A stretch of DNA of 64,000 nucleotides, taken from NCBI GenBank assembly GCA_047495785.1, contig JBLDXI010000074.1, positions 992,001-1,056,000 of the forward strand, written 5' to 3'. Below the pieces are notes generated by a model. It saw nothing but the letters and a program-made list of their open reading frames with translations. It was not told the DNA's origin and made no database searches. The translations under genes were made by a program, and so were the position numbers. This document shows positions 25,480 through 37,569 of this stretch, in pieces. The DNA is from Lepidodermella squamata (lineage: Eukaryota; Animalia; Gastrotricha). Within the stretch, counting starts at the first letter, position 1; the number at the start of each line of letters is the position of its first letter.

Positions 25480-26047
25480 CTTTGCTGACAAATCCTAAAC
25501 TATAATAACGATCAAAAGCTTATTGAAGGAGTGAGGTCAGAGGCATCGATGAACCGGAGCTCGAGTATTTGTGAAACAAATTGGTACATTTGGTACATTT
25601 ACACGGCCACATGTTGATCGCGTGCAGAGGCACACCTGAGTTGATGCACTAGGTCAACACATTTTTCAAGTTAGCATCTTGTAGTTAGCATCATTAGTTC
25701 GTAAAGACGTCCGGCGACAGCTGCTCATGCGTTAAACATGTTATGAGATTTTAAAGCTTTCCGTTTTTAACATTGAATTTTTCGGATTGGCCTTTTTCCT
25801 ACAGTTGAATAATGTTTCAAAACATCCAAATGATGACCAGATGAAAGTTATATTAACATCCTCCAGTTACATAACAAATATTTCAACAAAATTTTATACC
25901 CTTGCGGGTTTGGGGACGGCGACGGACGATAAGCTCGAGTCCGAGAATCAGTTGCAAACAGCCAGCTTTTTCCCAGAAATTCATAATTCATTATAGTAAG
26001 GCATAGAGACTGGCACTTCTTCCGGTTTCTGGCGGCAATCTCTGCTC

Positions 26048-26083
26048 CAGATCAGATCAGATCAGATCAGATCAGATCAGATC
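26048..26083. repeat. (CAGAT)7 microsatellite
   Basis: Read directly from the sequence. Confidence 0.95.
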
Positions 26084-26588
26084 TCAAAACATCGTTGTGG
26101 CTTATCGAATTCACTTATCTGATAACAGTACATCAGAATTCAGAGTTGAATAAGAGTTGAATCTTCTTCTCTCAATTATTTCCAAGTTAGCTCGAACCAT
26201 CGAAAAACTCGATTTTACGGACAAATATATGAAGGGCAGGGCTACCCGAATGTTAAATTGGCCCTGAACGCCATCTGTCAATCAAAGCATATTCATTGCG
26301 CATTGAGTTTTTAGTTTGCACTCTTAACTTTCTGAATATATGAATGTATATTGCAATACCTAGCATAAATGTTGCAAGAGTTCCGACGTACAACATTTCC
26401 GCAGCATGTGAACATGAATATCAGCTCCATAACTATTAGGATCCGCAACCTGCAACTCAGACTCCATTTATTATTAATGTTGACAAAGAGAAGGTTGAGA
26501 AATACAGATAAGTCATTTGAATTTTTATTTACTTGAATCTTGAATTATGAAAACAGAGAGGCGAGGAAGTCCTTGAATAGTACTACTA

Positions 26589-29500
26589 TTACGCGGTTTC
26601 GTCGAACGAATCACGAATGAAATCGCTCTCGACATCTTCGTTTTCACTTTTGTTGCCGTCATCGAATTCGGGCTCAGTATTACGGGGCAATACGCGGCCT
26701 TTTACTTCGCAGAGTACAGGTAATTTTTCATTGCTAACGACTGCAGTGTAGCTACCATCATCCTCGAGCGAAGCACCTGACAAAAACAACAGCGTATGAG
26801 AAACTACGTACTCGTTGCTGAGCGGCAAAAGGCCTACATGTTTCGGCATTTCCAGCAGTAGGTGCAAGGTCGCTGGGCACTTGAGTCCCATCGAGCCACC
26901 ACCATTCGTTGCTAGCTGGATATCGGGCTCCAATCCAGGCACCCTTGCTTGCGACTTCAGCGAAATTAGCAATAAGAGCAGATATTTTGATGAGATCGGA
27001 GGTCGAAGTTGCTACAGCGAGAGAGCCACCCTTTTCGCGACAGAAAAGCGCTGCCTCGCTCCATGTCATCTCTTCATCGAAGAAGTCGAAACCTTTTATC
27101 TAAAATAATTCGATTGATTGAAAATCCAATCAGAATTTCGACAAAAGAAGCCTAAGAAGTAGAGGAGAATGCAATCTTACCGCTCGAACAAACTGGCAAA
27201 CAACAGGCTTCTTGGAGTCACACTCTGCCCCAACAAAGCCATGCGAACCTTCGCCATCATGTTTGTAACTCAAACATTCTTGACCCTCGGAAGGCTGTTC
27301 ATTAAGCCACGATTCCTTGGAAAAGGTCCTTCCATCTAACCAGAAAGCTTGACCAGCCGCCAACAGCCGCATTCCGATAAGAGCACGAGATCCTTCTAGG
27401 ACCGCAGCAGCTTCTTTCGCCTCGTCTTCCGATTTGAAGATCGCAGGGTAGCCTCCTTCGTCCAGACATTTGATCTCCGCACGTTTGCAGGTCGCTTTAC
27501 CTGCAACGATGTAGGACTTCCCTGTGTGTTCGCTGCCTTCGTCTTCGTTATCAGCCGATCTTCGCTGTTGGGCGCACATCGGAATCTTTGTACAATAACC
27601 CATTTGTTTCGGGTTCAATTTCAAGTAGCACCAGGGTGATTTCGCCTCAGTTGGCATGCGACATGCGTTGCCGCTTCGAATGCCATTCGGAAAGTTGTCC
27701 GGGTGTAATGAGCCTTCTGGTTTGAACTTGTCCCAATCTTGGCATTCCCCAGCGTCAGAACGCGACCGCGGGCCATTGTAGTCGTATCCGCTAGGCGTGA
27801 GGCGGCAATCACTCTTCACGACATCTTTAGCTTTCTGACCGGGCAGCGTTGCGTACACTGCCAGTTTGAAGCCAATTTTACGCCACTCGGGTTCGATGTG
27901 AGATTCGAAGATGACAATGCCGAAATTGCGATCTGTGTTAGCTACCCGACCACTGCTAACTCCACACTCACAGAATCTAAATTTAATAGAATAAAATCAA
28001 AATGTTATCTGAAAAGAGCTAACTGATAAAAATGTAGGATAAACTATTTTTGAAATTTTTGTGATATAACAAGAGAATTTTCCGAATTAACTAAGCAGCA
28101 GCAGCAAGCAGCAAGATGATCAATTCTTTCCTCTACGAACCTGTTAAATAAAATAATCCTAAACCTTAAAACACATATCCAAAGAAATTCTAGTTACTCC
28201 AGTGTCGTTATGGCAACTGTTATTTATAAATAACAGCGGGCTTTTGTTGTTTATAACAATAAAATATATATAAAAATTAAAATTAAAAAATAAACTATTA
28301 GAAAAATACCTTGGTCCGCCCTTTGAAGGATCGGCATGGGTTTTGATTTGGACGTAGTCGTCGCAAACGTCTGAAAGCAAGATTCTAGTTAAAAGAGCTG
28401 AGCATATGTCAAAATACCTTGAAGGGCCTTGGAACAGCCCAACTTCGGCTTGCCGTCAAATCCAAAGACCAATCCACTTCCACTAGGCTAAAATTCACAA
28501 ATATATATGCTTACGTAAGTAGCAAAGCTGCATGAATAAAACGAACCGCGTTTATCCACCAAATGCAACGAGCGTTTCTTGGATATCGCCTTGGATAAAA
28601 TGGCGAGGTGATGTAAGCAGTCTCGCCAGCTTTGACTTTGACGCGACCGCCGCATTTGACGACCCAATCGCGAGAGGGTTCAATATCGGCGCAAAAATCA
28701 CCGCCGTAGCCATCCGGGCACAAACATGACGAGCAGTTGTTCGGATTCTGGTAGCCACCGTTCTGACAAGGCTGCGACAACGGCTTCGATTCGCAATTTT
28801 TTCCTAAATATAATAAATGCGAATGCTTAACCAGTGAGCAGCTCTGAAAAGGCTGCGCTCGTCAAATATAATATTTAATTTTAATCATAGATTGGAGAAT
28901 CTGCAATATTTTAGTATCCTCATATTTCAGGGCCCAATCGAACACCCGAGAGTTATGCGATATCGCAGCCTATCTTCTACGGTTGAAAATCCCGAACAAA
29001 AAAAAGTTTATCAAATGTGACTTTTCTCGTGTTTTTTTACGTGATTTCTAAGTAGGGTTTTTTGGGATTTAATTTGAAATTAGCGTAATATGTCGAGAAT
29101 ATACAAATAGCTAGAAATATCGTAATATGATTCAAATAATTGATTAGTTAATTAATTAAAAATGTACCTCTGCGGTGGGGGTTGAACCATCGACCATTGA
29201 TACACCAGCCCAATGCCTCACCCACTACGCCACCAGCGATCACATTAATGTTGTTGTTTTTATTGGTTTATAAATAACTTGCACTTTGGACTTTGTTGTT
29301 TTTGCGACGCCAAGTCCACATTTGATTTTCGAGATTTCTTGACTTTACAAAAAGGCCCGACATTTTTACGCTAATTTCAAATTAAATCCTAAAGAACCCC
29401 AAAACAGCAATTAAAATCACCGGGTCGATATCAGTCGAAAAAATACCACTCTATAAATAGCAGAAAAAGTCTTATTTTTTTCGTGATAGCACTGCGCAAT

Positions 29501-31230
29501 TTTTTCATGATAATCAACGTCGAAAAAAACTGGCACGCGCCGTCTACTTTTTTGGGCATTTCTCGCACTATGACAGAAATACTCCAATAATAGCAATAAA
29601 ACCTCCAAATGACTGGATGAATCATCGTTGGTGACGAAAAAAATAGCCACAAAACCCGTAAAAAATTATGCGAACCGAAAAAACTCGTAAACAGTGTGCA
29701 CTTTTTTGTTCGGGAATGTATCACTTACGTATGCATTTGTAGTGGAAATTGATACGCTTGATGTCGCTGAAACTCATGTAGTGCCGTTGCCCCATCGACG
29801 TAATGTAGCGAAGATCATTTGGTACAATGGTCCGAGATTTGCCTGTTTTCGAGTAAACAGTAGCGGCATACTGCATAACAGACGCGTAATCGTATGCCGT
29901 ATCATAATTGTTCTGGCTGGCTGAACACGTCAATTTGAACTTAGACACCAATTTCCTAATAAAGTTGTAAGGGATAAATTAAAAAATAAATGAAAAAAGC
30001 TTTTCGGAGACCTGCGAATTCTAAAAAAACGGATCAAATACTTACGGCTCAACTTCTCCAAGATTCAACCGTATGTAGCGACTTTTGTCTTCGCGGCAAT
30101 GCTCATGTTGCTAAGAAATTGCGAGGGAAACATATATGGGAAGATTTCATGAAATCGGATATGAAACAAACCAGACCGAGAGCGTGTCCAACTTGGTGGA
30201 TAATTGATCCAAGCTGGGATAAGTCAAAGTTCCGAATCAAAAGAGATAAAAAGAAAAATGTCCTCACTGTTTCACATCCAACCCCGATCGATAAGTTTTG
30301 AAAGCGAGCCTCTTTGATCATTCCCACGGCTGACGAGCATCTGTAACAAGTTATCAAGTTACACAAAGCTTATAGGCCTAAAGACGCGTTACCCTTGCAG
30401 ACTTCGAAAAATGATGCCATTGGAGTGCCGCGGGCGATTGACCTTTTGGAAACGAATGCAAGTTGCGTTCTCCCACATTTCAAGGCCATAGCGAATAAGC
30501 TCGCGCGTTTCGGCCTCTAAATATGGCCAAATCTAAAAATTAACCCTATTTCTTCAAATGAAACTCACTCAAAGATTGATCGAAAGCGTATCGAATGGGC
30601 AGCTTCCACTTTTGAACCGTCAAATCAACACCGCGCTGATCGTCTCCGTCTTCCATAAGCATTTCAGAGTGCAAGTCGTGAATCATTCGCTTAGCCTCGC
30701 TAGCAGAACACTTGACGTCGCATTCTGGCTCGAAGGAAGGAATTCGGTCAGCTTCAAAATCTAGATCGCTATCACTCTCAAACAGAACAGCCGGCGGCTC
30801 TTGGCCTCGGTCTTCTCCTAAATCGTTCACATTCTCTGACTGTGTAAAACCAAGTAGATAGGGAAAATTATGAACATGATGAAAAACTCACCTCAGGAAT
30901 GCCTGCTAGTTTGAGCATCAGTGATGACAGCCTTTGCAGCATCATGTCCACATCTTCATCGCCGTCTTGATTTTGAACATCGGCATCATTTTCTTCTTCT
31001 GCGTCATTCTGTGTATCAACGTCATCGGCTGGTTCAATAACATTGGCTTCACTTTCAGCCGAAAGCTCGTCATCCGCGCTGCGAGCGAATCGATTCAGCT
31101 GAAAAATAGCAGTCAATTCAAGTTATAAAAATACTAGACAAAGCACAACCTCATCGGTTTCGATGTCAACTTGACTGTTCGCGCAAACGCCGGCGAAGAG
31201 CAAAGCGAGGAAAAGCAACTCAGGTCTCAT
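26589..31230 (-). CDS. Astacin-like pseudoprotease (HQxxH): signal, pro-region, astacin, EGF-like, CUB, kringle, two C-type-lectin-like domains
   Basis: HQVGHALGL|QHEHCR, YDYASVMQY, CQNGGYQNPNNC, ITSPFYPRRYP (CUB), kringle, WIG/WLDG CTLD motifs; the last intron 26837-26777 restores ETC|ASL...PVLCE. Confidence 0.85.
29166..29238 (-). other. tRNA-derived (SINE-head-like) sequence inside an inverted repeat in an astacin intron
   Basis: A box TGGCGTAGTGG and B box GGTTCAACCCC; acceptor stem not paired; arms at 29055-29095 and 29358-29400. Confidence 0.6.
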
Positions 31231-32016
31231 GACCACAAAACAAAAATGTTGAAGAATAACTTTAATTGTGTCAATAGTTTTGAATTCTGAGACGAGGTGC
31301 GCACCGTATGTGAAACAAATACAGCACGAGTTCAACAAATAAACATGGTGCGTCCTGAGTTCAGGTTAGAAATTTAAAATTCACATACAAATTAGAACTG
31401 CGGTTAAGTGGCAGTGAGCAGAATTATAGAAACCGTCTTAAAATTTAAAATAAATCCTGAAAAATCCAAATTCAAACATAAATTGGCTCGAAAACTAAAT
31501 CTATGGCAAAGATCGATTCTTAGAATTTGTTCACTTTAGTCCAATAGTTTTTTCTGTTTAATTTTCGAGGTTTCTAGGAGACCTCGAGTCTCGAGTTGAA
31601 GTGTTTTCAATGTATGATTTTCAAAAATGAATGAATTGGATGAGTCACAGGAATTTCTGTGCCGTGGAATGATCGTATGGAAGTTAATAATAGACAATAA
31701 TCTATTTAAATAATAACTCAGCCGTAAATAATAACGACCCAATACGTTCAGATCGATGTAGAATTTACTGTTAAGTGTCCGTGTATTCAGTTATGTACTT
31801 TGAAATTGCGGCAACGGCGAAAATCTTTTAACTGGCCGGAATTCACCGCAGACGTTAGCCATTTGTGTTTCTGTCCCAGTTGAGCCAGTGTTCTTAATCA
31901 GGTCATTCGATAAAATCACTGATACTGTGTTAAGAGGTCATTTTATTATCAAGGACATGCACGCAACAACGAAAGTGAAAGAGCTTCAACAAAGTGAACG
32001 TTTTGTCAACAAATCA

Positions 32017-33257
32017 TTAGCCAGTAGCAATTGCGGTTATGGGAGTCACGCACATGTAATCAAATCGAACTGGGTTCATGCAGCAGACACGACCTTGTTT
32101 GTAGCATTGGCCATGGCTGTAGCAGGTAAGCGATTTAGGCCTAGGCGTCGTCGTGCGGCGACCCTTCTTCGTCGTCCTCGGCGATTTCGTCGTTTTATTG
32201 GGCTTCTTTGTCGTCTTTGGTTTCGCCGTTGTTTTCGGACGTCTCTTTGTTGTCTTCGGTCTGCTGGTTACCTTCGGCTTCACGGTTACCTTCGGCGGTC
32301 TTGGCTTCTGGGGCCTGGGACGGATGCCCTTCTTATCATCCGTTGAGTCTTCCTCGTTGAGATCATCGCCTTCCTCCGCGTTGAAGACAGCCCTTTCGCC
32401 ATCATCACCATCGGCGAATTCACCGTTCTCGTTGTAAGCCGTTTCGCCGTCTTCGCCTTCAGCTGAAAATACGAAATGTTGATCGCTTGAAATAACTGAA
32501 AAGGGACTGCGCGATTTCAGACTTTAGCGAACATGAGCGTTTAGTTTAACGGTTCTAAAGATAATTCTCGCTAAACATGAGAAATTCCAAAACGACCTCT
32601 GATAATGTGCATAAAGGTTGGTCTAGTCAACGTGGTCAAGGTGTTTTGCTTTCAATTTTGTGTTAAAAGACAAGACACGAGAGATTTGGGCGAAATAGAT
32701 TATTAACAAATTTCCAACTTCACGTCTCAACTCAAATTCAAACAAATTTTGGCTAAGGAATGATTAAGCATTTAGAAATCGAGATGAATATCAAGTTAAA
32801 CAATTTTTACTTCAAACCAACTCTAGTCCTGTTTGAAATCTCCCTGGCTTTCTGAGTCCGGCTCTAGATTTAAAAGGAACACACCATTTTCATCATCGTC
32901 TGATGATTCTTCCGCGCCATCTTCTCCGCCATCTGACGGTGAATCGGTGACTTCTGGGGCAACTGGGGCCGGAGTCGTAGTAGTCGTGAGGAGAGTCAGC
33001 ACACTGCCTGGTTCGCACAATGGTCCGCCAGCCATCGTTAAATCGGTCGGGCTCAAATTAAGCCGTTCTTGCAGATACTCAGCCGCATCTTTCTCCGAGC
33101 CGTGCCAAACGCTTTCGCCGTCGAAGTTCAGCTCAGCATCGTCAGCTTCACCATCGCTATCGCCATAGCCCTCTGCGTCCTCAGCTCCGTCGACCAGTTC
33201 CGAGTTGGCCTGATAAGCAATCAACAGCAACAATAAAAAAGGCAAAGTCGATCTCAT
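32017..33257 (-). CDS. Cys-rich secreted family member 4 (272 aa; exons 33257-32885, 32462-32017)
   Basis: Signal peptide; TMAGGPLC; long acidic then K/T-rich linker; CYSHGQCYKQGRVCC...C; phase-1 intron keeps frame. Confidence 0.8.
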
Positions 33258-33670
33258 GTTTTAAGAAGCATGTGATAAATTTACAATGAATAATTGAAAT
33301 TCCAAACTCACGCCAAGTAAAAGGTGTTGGCGTCACACGTTCTCAGTGAAACAGCTTTTCCAGTGAGCACGCGACGACTGCCATGAAAGGTTCGTTTCAG
33401 GTTTAAAACTACTGCCACGGCTCCATCTGTGGCAAATACGTGACAAACACGCACAAGTCCCGGAATATCTTTTGAGTTCAAAATGTTTTGAAGGAACAAA
33501 AATGGAAGTATAAACGAAATACAATGAAATTCATTTTCGAAGTAGAGCATTTTAATTAAATGATAACGCCATATTATCATGATAATTACACAATTAAATG
33601 CTTACATTTCTTCAGGATTTTTTATTTTTATATGTTTTCGGGACTACAGTTGATGAAATGAAAGGGTTCG

Positions 33671-33712
33671 CTGCATGTAACGTCACTGCATGTAACGTCA
33701 CTGCATGTAACG
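33671..33712. repeat. 15-bp tandem repeat (ctgcatgtaacgtca), about 3 copies
   Basis: Read directly from the sequence. Confidence 0.9.
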
Positions 33713-34227
33713 CTTAAATCGTGTCCCAATCTAAAAGCTGGCGAGGCGGTCAATGTTATCTGCATCAATGTTGCCGTTTCATTCTACAGCAAGAGTTCTC
33801 ATCGATCCCAGCGTGATCAGTGTATCGATTGATATCGAAACAAGAAGTGCTTAGATAGCATTGCATGGCGTAGATAAGCGATAAGCAGCTAACATTTATC
33901 CAGATGACTACATTGGTCACTCCAGTGAAACGATCATATCTCACTTCAACGCTATCGCAACCCCATGTCACAAGCTCACTGGCAATGAAGCATCGTTAGA
34001 ATAAACAAGGTTGCAATCAGCTCTGTTATCTCTGTCCGCATAGATCAGCCATCTAGATCATTGAATTTGCGCGAATTTTTCTGGATAGCAGTGTATTTCG
34101 AAGATAAGGGTTTAATCAAGTACACCAGATAAGAGATATGATGACAATCTATAAAATACCAAGCTTGGCTGCTCAGTCACATTCACCCCAAGTCAGCGAA
34201 TTTCAGATAGCTAAAACTTCACTATAA

Positions 34228-34475
34228 ATGGGTATGTATTTTGTTAATCTTGTGGTGAAGGTATGAATCATTGCCCGTTTTCATATACAACAGCTTCAAC
34301 AATTGTGACGATCGCTGTTATCTGTTTCTTGTTGGTCGTTCTCCTCATCGAGCCGAGCGTAGCTGGGCCGCGTTGGATGGGCCAAGCCGCAGTCAATAGG
34401 CAGCAATCTGTGCAAAATACACAGCACGCCTCAGTCGCCGACTATGACATCGGATTTTTCGGCTGGATGAAATAA
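34228..34475 (+). CDS. Small secreted peptide (61 aa; exons 34228-34231, 34294-34475)
   Basis: ATGG|gtatgt...cag|CT gives MASTIVTIAVICFLLVVLLIEPSVA-GPRW...FGWMK; TATA near 34149; AATAAA downstream. Confidence 0.75.
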
Positions 34476-35035
34476 ATTATCTGATGACACGGACTAAGGC
34501 TCTTAGCACTGATTGCCTCTCATTCTGATGATTTCAAATCATTTGCGTTCAATAAAACAATCTCAATTTAGTGAAACTTACAAGAGTATTACTGGTACCA
34601 TTATTTGCATATGATTAGATGCTATAAGCATCAGGCAATCGGCTATGCGAAAAGACCTATCCCGCAGTTTCAAAATTTCGAAATATTCTAGTTTGAAATT
34701 TGATGGTTCGAATATTTGTGTTATTTGATACTTATTCCTGCCGCAAAACACGAAAAAGCGAGTAGCGAGACAAATCATGGACCTAGTTGTAGCTGTAGCA
34801 CAACCAGATGCTGTGTTGAATCGGTATTGAGTGATTGGAAGAAGTAATAAACTGTCTCTGTGGAAAGGCTCAGCATGTTGCCATCCTAACGAGCCACGTT
34901 GTATTACGAAAATTGCTCCAGCAGTCTTATGTATACAAACCTGCATCTGCTGCATGCTATCGCTAACGTCCGCAGAGTTTCACATTTCCCATTTAGTTTC
35001 ACTATTTCAAAACAGATTTTGATATTTTCAAAATA

Positions 35036-36133
35036 ATGTCTGCGTTCATAAGTGAGTTACGATTTTTTTCGACGTTTTGGTATACCTTTCTATCTTCCCA
35101 ATAGGATTAGTTTTGCTGAGTTGTTTTACTGTCGCTTCATTCGGCTTCTACCTAAAGGCGACCGATGTCTTGCCCGAAGTTCATCTGCAATCCCCGAGGC
35201 AGTCCTATTTCGAGCCATTAGCTGACCCCGAAATCGATGAAACCGGCGATTTCAAACGCCGCAGTATCGACTACGACCACTTCATCGAACGCCGCCATGT
35301 AAACCCCCAAGTTCAGAGGGCAAAAGCTCACGTTGCCGTAGCAGCGGCTATGGACCACGCTCACCATCATCACGGCTACCCGCACCACGTTGGTCACTAC
35401 CCTGTTAACCCGCATCGAGGCCGGCGTGACGTTGGAACAAATCCGGCAGCAACTGGCAACGCGTGGCATCAGGATAATCATGCGAGTCGCCATGAATCAG
35501 CAGCGGCTGTGTTTGCCCATCACCAGCACGATAAGCAAGATGGAGGCCGCAGGCGTCGCAGCTTTGGCAACTCGCTCGAAGGTAAGCTCTTGAATTATTC
35601 TGGCAATTTATGCGAGGATGAAGGCATCATATTCTCGAAAATGTGAAATCGAATTGGAAGGAGAATGCTCTTCTCAAAAATTTATTGTATATTTTATACA
35701 TGATGTAATATTTTGATTGCCGATTGTTCACTATTCTATGATAGATTATGGAACCGAATACTCTTCGCCTGTCTTTCGTTATGAAAACGTGGAGAATCCT
35801 ACGGCAGGGTTGGACAACATCTACGGCTACAACAACAACTTCTACCCAACGTTTTTGACCCCGAATTTCGAAACGCAAGCTGCTTCAGAAGATGAAGATG
35901 CTGATGATGATCAAGCTGTCGAATCATTTACTGGTAGCAAGGAAGCGGAAGATGCCGAACTCGAGGCTGATCTGATCGATGTCATGCCGGACGAGGAAGA
36001 AGCTGATTCGGATTACGCTGGTCAGTTTCAAGCAGCTGGCCACGGCTCTGAACTGCCCGATTCAGCTAGATCTGATCCGAATTTCGCTCCGAGCAAAGCT
36101 CCATGGGGTTTCGATGGAACTGGCTTCAACTGA
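35036..36133 (+). CDS. Secreted His-rich multi-peptide precursor (293 aa; exons 35036-35051, 35105-35581, 35745-36133)
   Basis: Signal MSAFIRLVLLSCFTVASFG; KRR, ERR, GRR and GGRRRR sites flank His-rich peptides; acidic C-terminal exon; intron phases consistent. Confidence 0.8.
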
Positions 36134-36254
36134 ACTCATATAATTCTAACAGTAAATGTGTTCTTTTGTAATTTTCGTTTGCCGGATTTCATTGTTATCA
36201 GAAAAATAAAATTCAGATATTGCTAAGTACATGGCGGATTGTTTTTAATAAAAA

Positions 36255-36551
36255 ATCTGCGGCGATAACAGCAAGCTGACGTCTCTGTTGACTGGCGAAG
36301 ATGCTGACGGGGATGGAGAAGGCGACGCTGAAGTTGATGGTGAGGACTCACGCAGGAAGAGGCCGAATCTCGGGCTGGAGACCTGCAAGCGTCACGGCGA
36401 CTGCGCCTCGAGGAAGCAAGCCTGCTGCAAGGCTAAGCGTGGCAGCAAGTACCAATGCCGCCGCCCAGCCTATGTCGTTGAACAGACTGAAGACGGCGCT
36501 GTTGTTCGCTTTGAATGCTTGTGCAAAGGATTTCGCCCCTGCTGGGGCTGA
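36255..36551 (+). pseudogene. 5'-truncated Cys-rich family member 5
   Basis: Begins abruptly at ICGDNSKLTSLLTGED; closely similar to the 46509, 51722 and 53918 genes; no signal exon seen. Confidence 0.75.
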
Positions 36552-36921
36552 ACACATTTACCTTTCCAATAAAATCAAGCAATAAAAACACTTACTGGGT
36601 TTCCAAAATTTCTTTTGAATTAAAGTTTTTCGCGTTCTGAGCGTGAGTTTCATAAGTTGATAAGTTTTAGTAGCAGAATTACTGCACAGCTTCATTCAGG
36701 ATTCAGTAATAGCAAATCTTCTCGAGCAAAATGTTGAGATTTGAAGTATTATTCAGGATTGCGGTTATTGGATAAACCTTGATCATGAATATCGAAAGAA
36801 ACTTCAGTGATAGACTCAGCTGAACAGTCTGAAATTCTGAACAATCTCCTTGTCGCCATACCTAATAAACTCATTAACTGAACCACTATCCCAGAGAGCG
36901 AAGTAGGACATCAGAACTGGT

Positions 36922-37030
36922 AGGGATCACAAAAATCGACATAAGGGTCCCCCCTTTGGTCTTTGGCTGGGTTCACTTTGCGGATCGATGGAACTGGTAG
37001 GGATGATCCCTAGTGGTACTTTGCTCTCTG
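36922..37030. repeat. Dispersed repeat of about 110 bp (second copy at about 44336-44450)
   Basis: ggatca..aaaatcgaca...gatggaact.gtagggatgatcccta..ggtactt.gctctct is shared between both sites. Confidence 0.7.
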
Positions 37031-37569
37031 CAGTATCCTGAAAAACGTTAATCCTGGCTGTTTGGGAGAGTACGGAATGGCTCGCGAGACTCGCGATGAG
37101 AGAGCGAATCAGCAGGAATGAAGTTATACCCATAAACATTGAAAATACTGAAGCGGTGGTGACCATACCCAACAATATTTCACAAAAGTCATCATTTTTG
37201 GCATAACTTTTGGCTATTACATACTTGAGAAATATCATCGCACCAAATTAGTGTGGCTGTTTCATTGCGTCCTTCTCTATCTAGATTCTAGATTGTCCTT
37301 TACATGGTAAAAAAACGCATACATGTTACGGGTTGTTAGGTGGATTTTGACGGGGATGAAAAAATGAACGCTCCAGTTACATATTCAACTCGCCCGCCGA
37401 TAATGGCTACATGCAACCAAACAGTATCCTTTACGTGCATATTTTAATTGCTGATTATATTCAGTACTCAAAATAACTGGGTTAGCAAAGGTCAAAGTCA
37501 CCGTCTCTTATTGCCTCAAAGAGCTGAAGGGACAAACGGTCCAGCTATATAAAACTCAACTGCATTGAC

